Source of the DNA: an uncultured Gemmatimonadaceae bacterium
GTDB taxonomy: Bacteria; Gemmatimonadota; Gemmatimonadetes; Gemmatimonadales; Gemmatimonadaceae
DNA: 64,000 bases
Direction: 5' to 3'
Assembly: GCA_963751275.1 (NCBI GenBank)
Contig: CAVVTZ010000007.1
Coordinates: forward strand, 256,001 to 320,000
The notes beneath the pieces are model-generated. The model saw nothing but the letters and a program-made list of their open reading frames with translations, was not told where the DNA came from and made no database searches. This document shows positions 62,775 to 64,000 of this stretch, one piece after another (positions within the stretch are counted from its first letter, which is position 1; each line of letters begins with the position of its first letter). Both the position numbers and the translations under genes were made by a program.

Positions 62775-62815
62775 GCGAACGGCCCGGATCTCAGAGCGAG
62801 ATCCGGGCCGTTCGC
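62775..62815. terminator. Perfect 18-bp hairpin between convergent genes
   Basis: GCGAACGGCCCGGATCTC-AGAGC-GAGATCCGGGCCGTTCGC. Confidence 0.75.
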
Positions 62816-62857
62816 ATTTCGTTGTTGCAGTCGACAGTCGGCGTCCGCCGTGAGCCG

Positions 62858-64000
<1,143 letters not shown>

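Overview
High-GC bacterial chromosomal window. Gene content and lineage-typical proteins suggest Gemmatimonadota (inference, no search run). About 55 densely packed CDS, mostly housekeeping or metabolic: split transketolase, rnd, queG, greA, glpD, fadIJ, proline dehydrogenase, rsgA, fused 2-oxoacid dehydrogenase E1, nadE, PBP1A, lon, many secreted peptidases and two ECF sigma/anti-sigma pairs. No rRNA, tRNA, CRISPR array, transposase or phage gene was recognised. Several conserved genes carry 1-2 nt indels, most likely assembly errors. The most unusual content is non-coding. (i) A ~380-nt element upstream of greA with long crossing helices and + strand G-U pairs, a candidate ncRNA or leader. 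(ii) About 11 long (65-260 bp) intergenic palindromes in five families. In one GTAG-ended family the copy-specific variants are mirrored on both arms, and one element is a chimera of two families. (iii) A terminator-like leader in front of a small HNH nuclease. Notable proteins: a ~1900-aa Ig-repeat lipoprotein, an amidohydrolase-TonB-CTD fusion, a TonB-box-like/VIT/vWA/PDZ protein and a multi-TM-GAF-MCP receptor.
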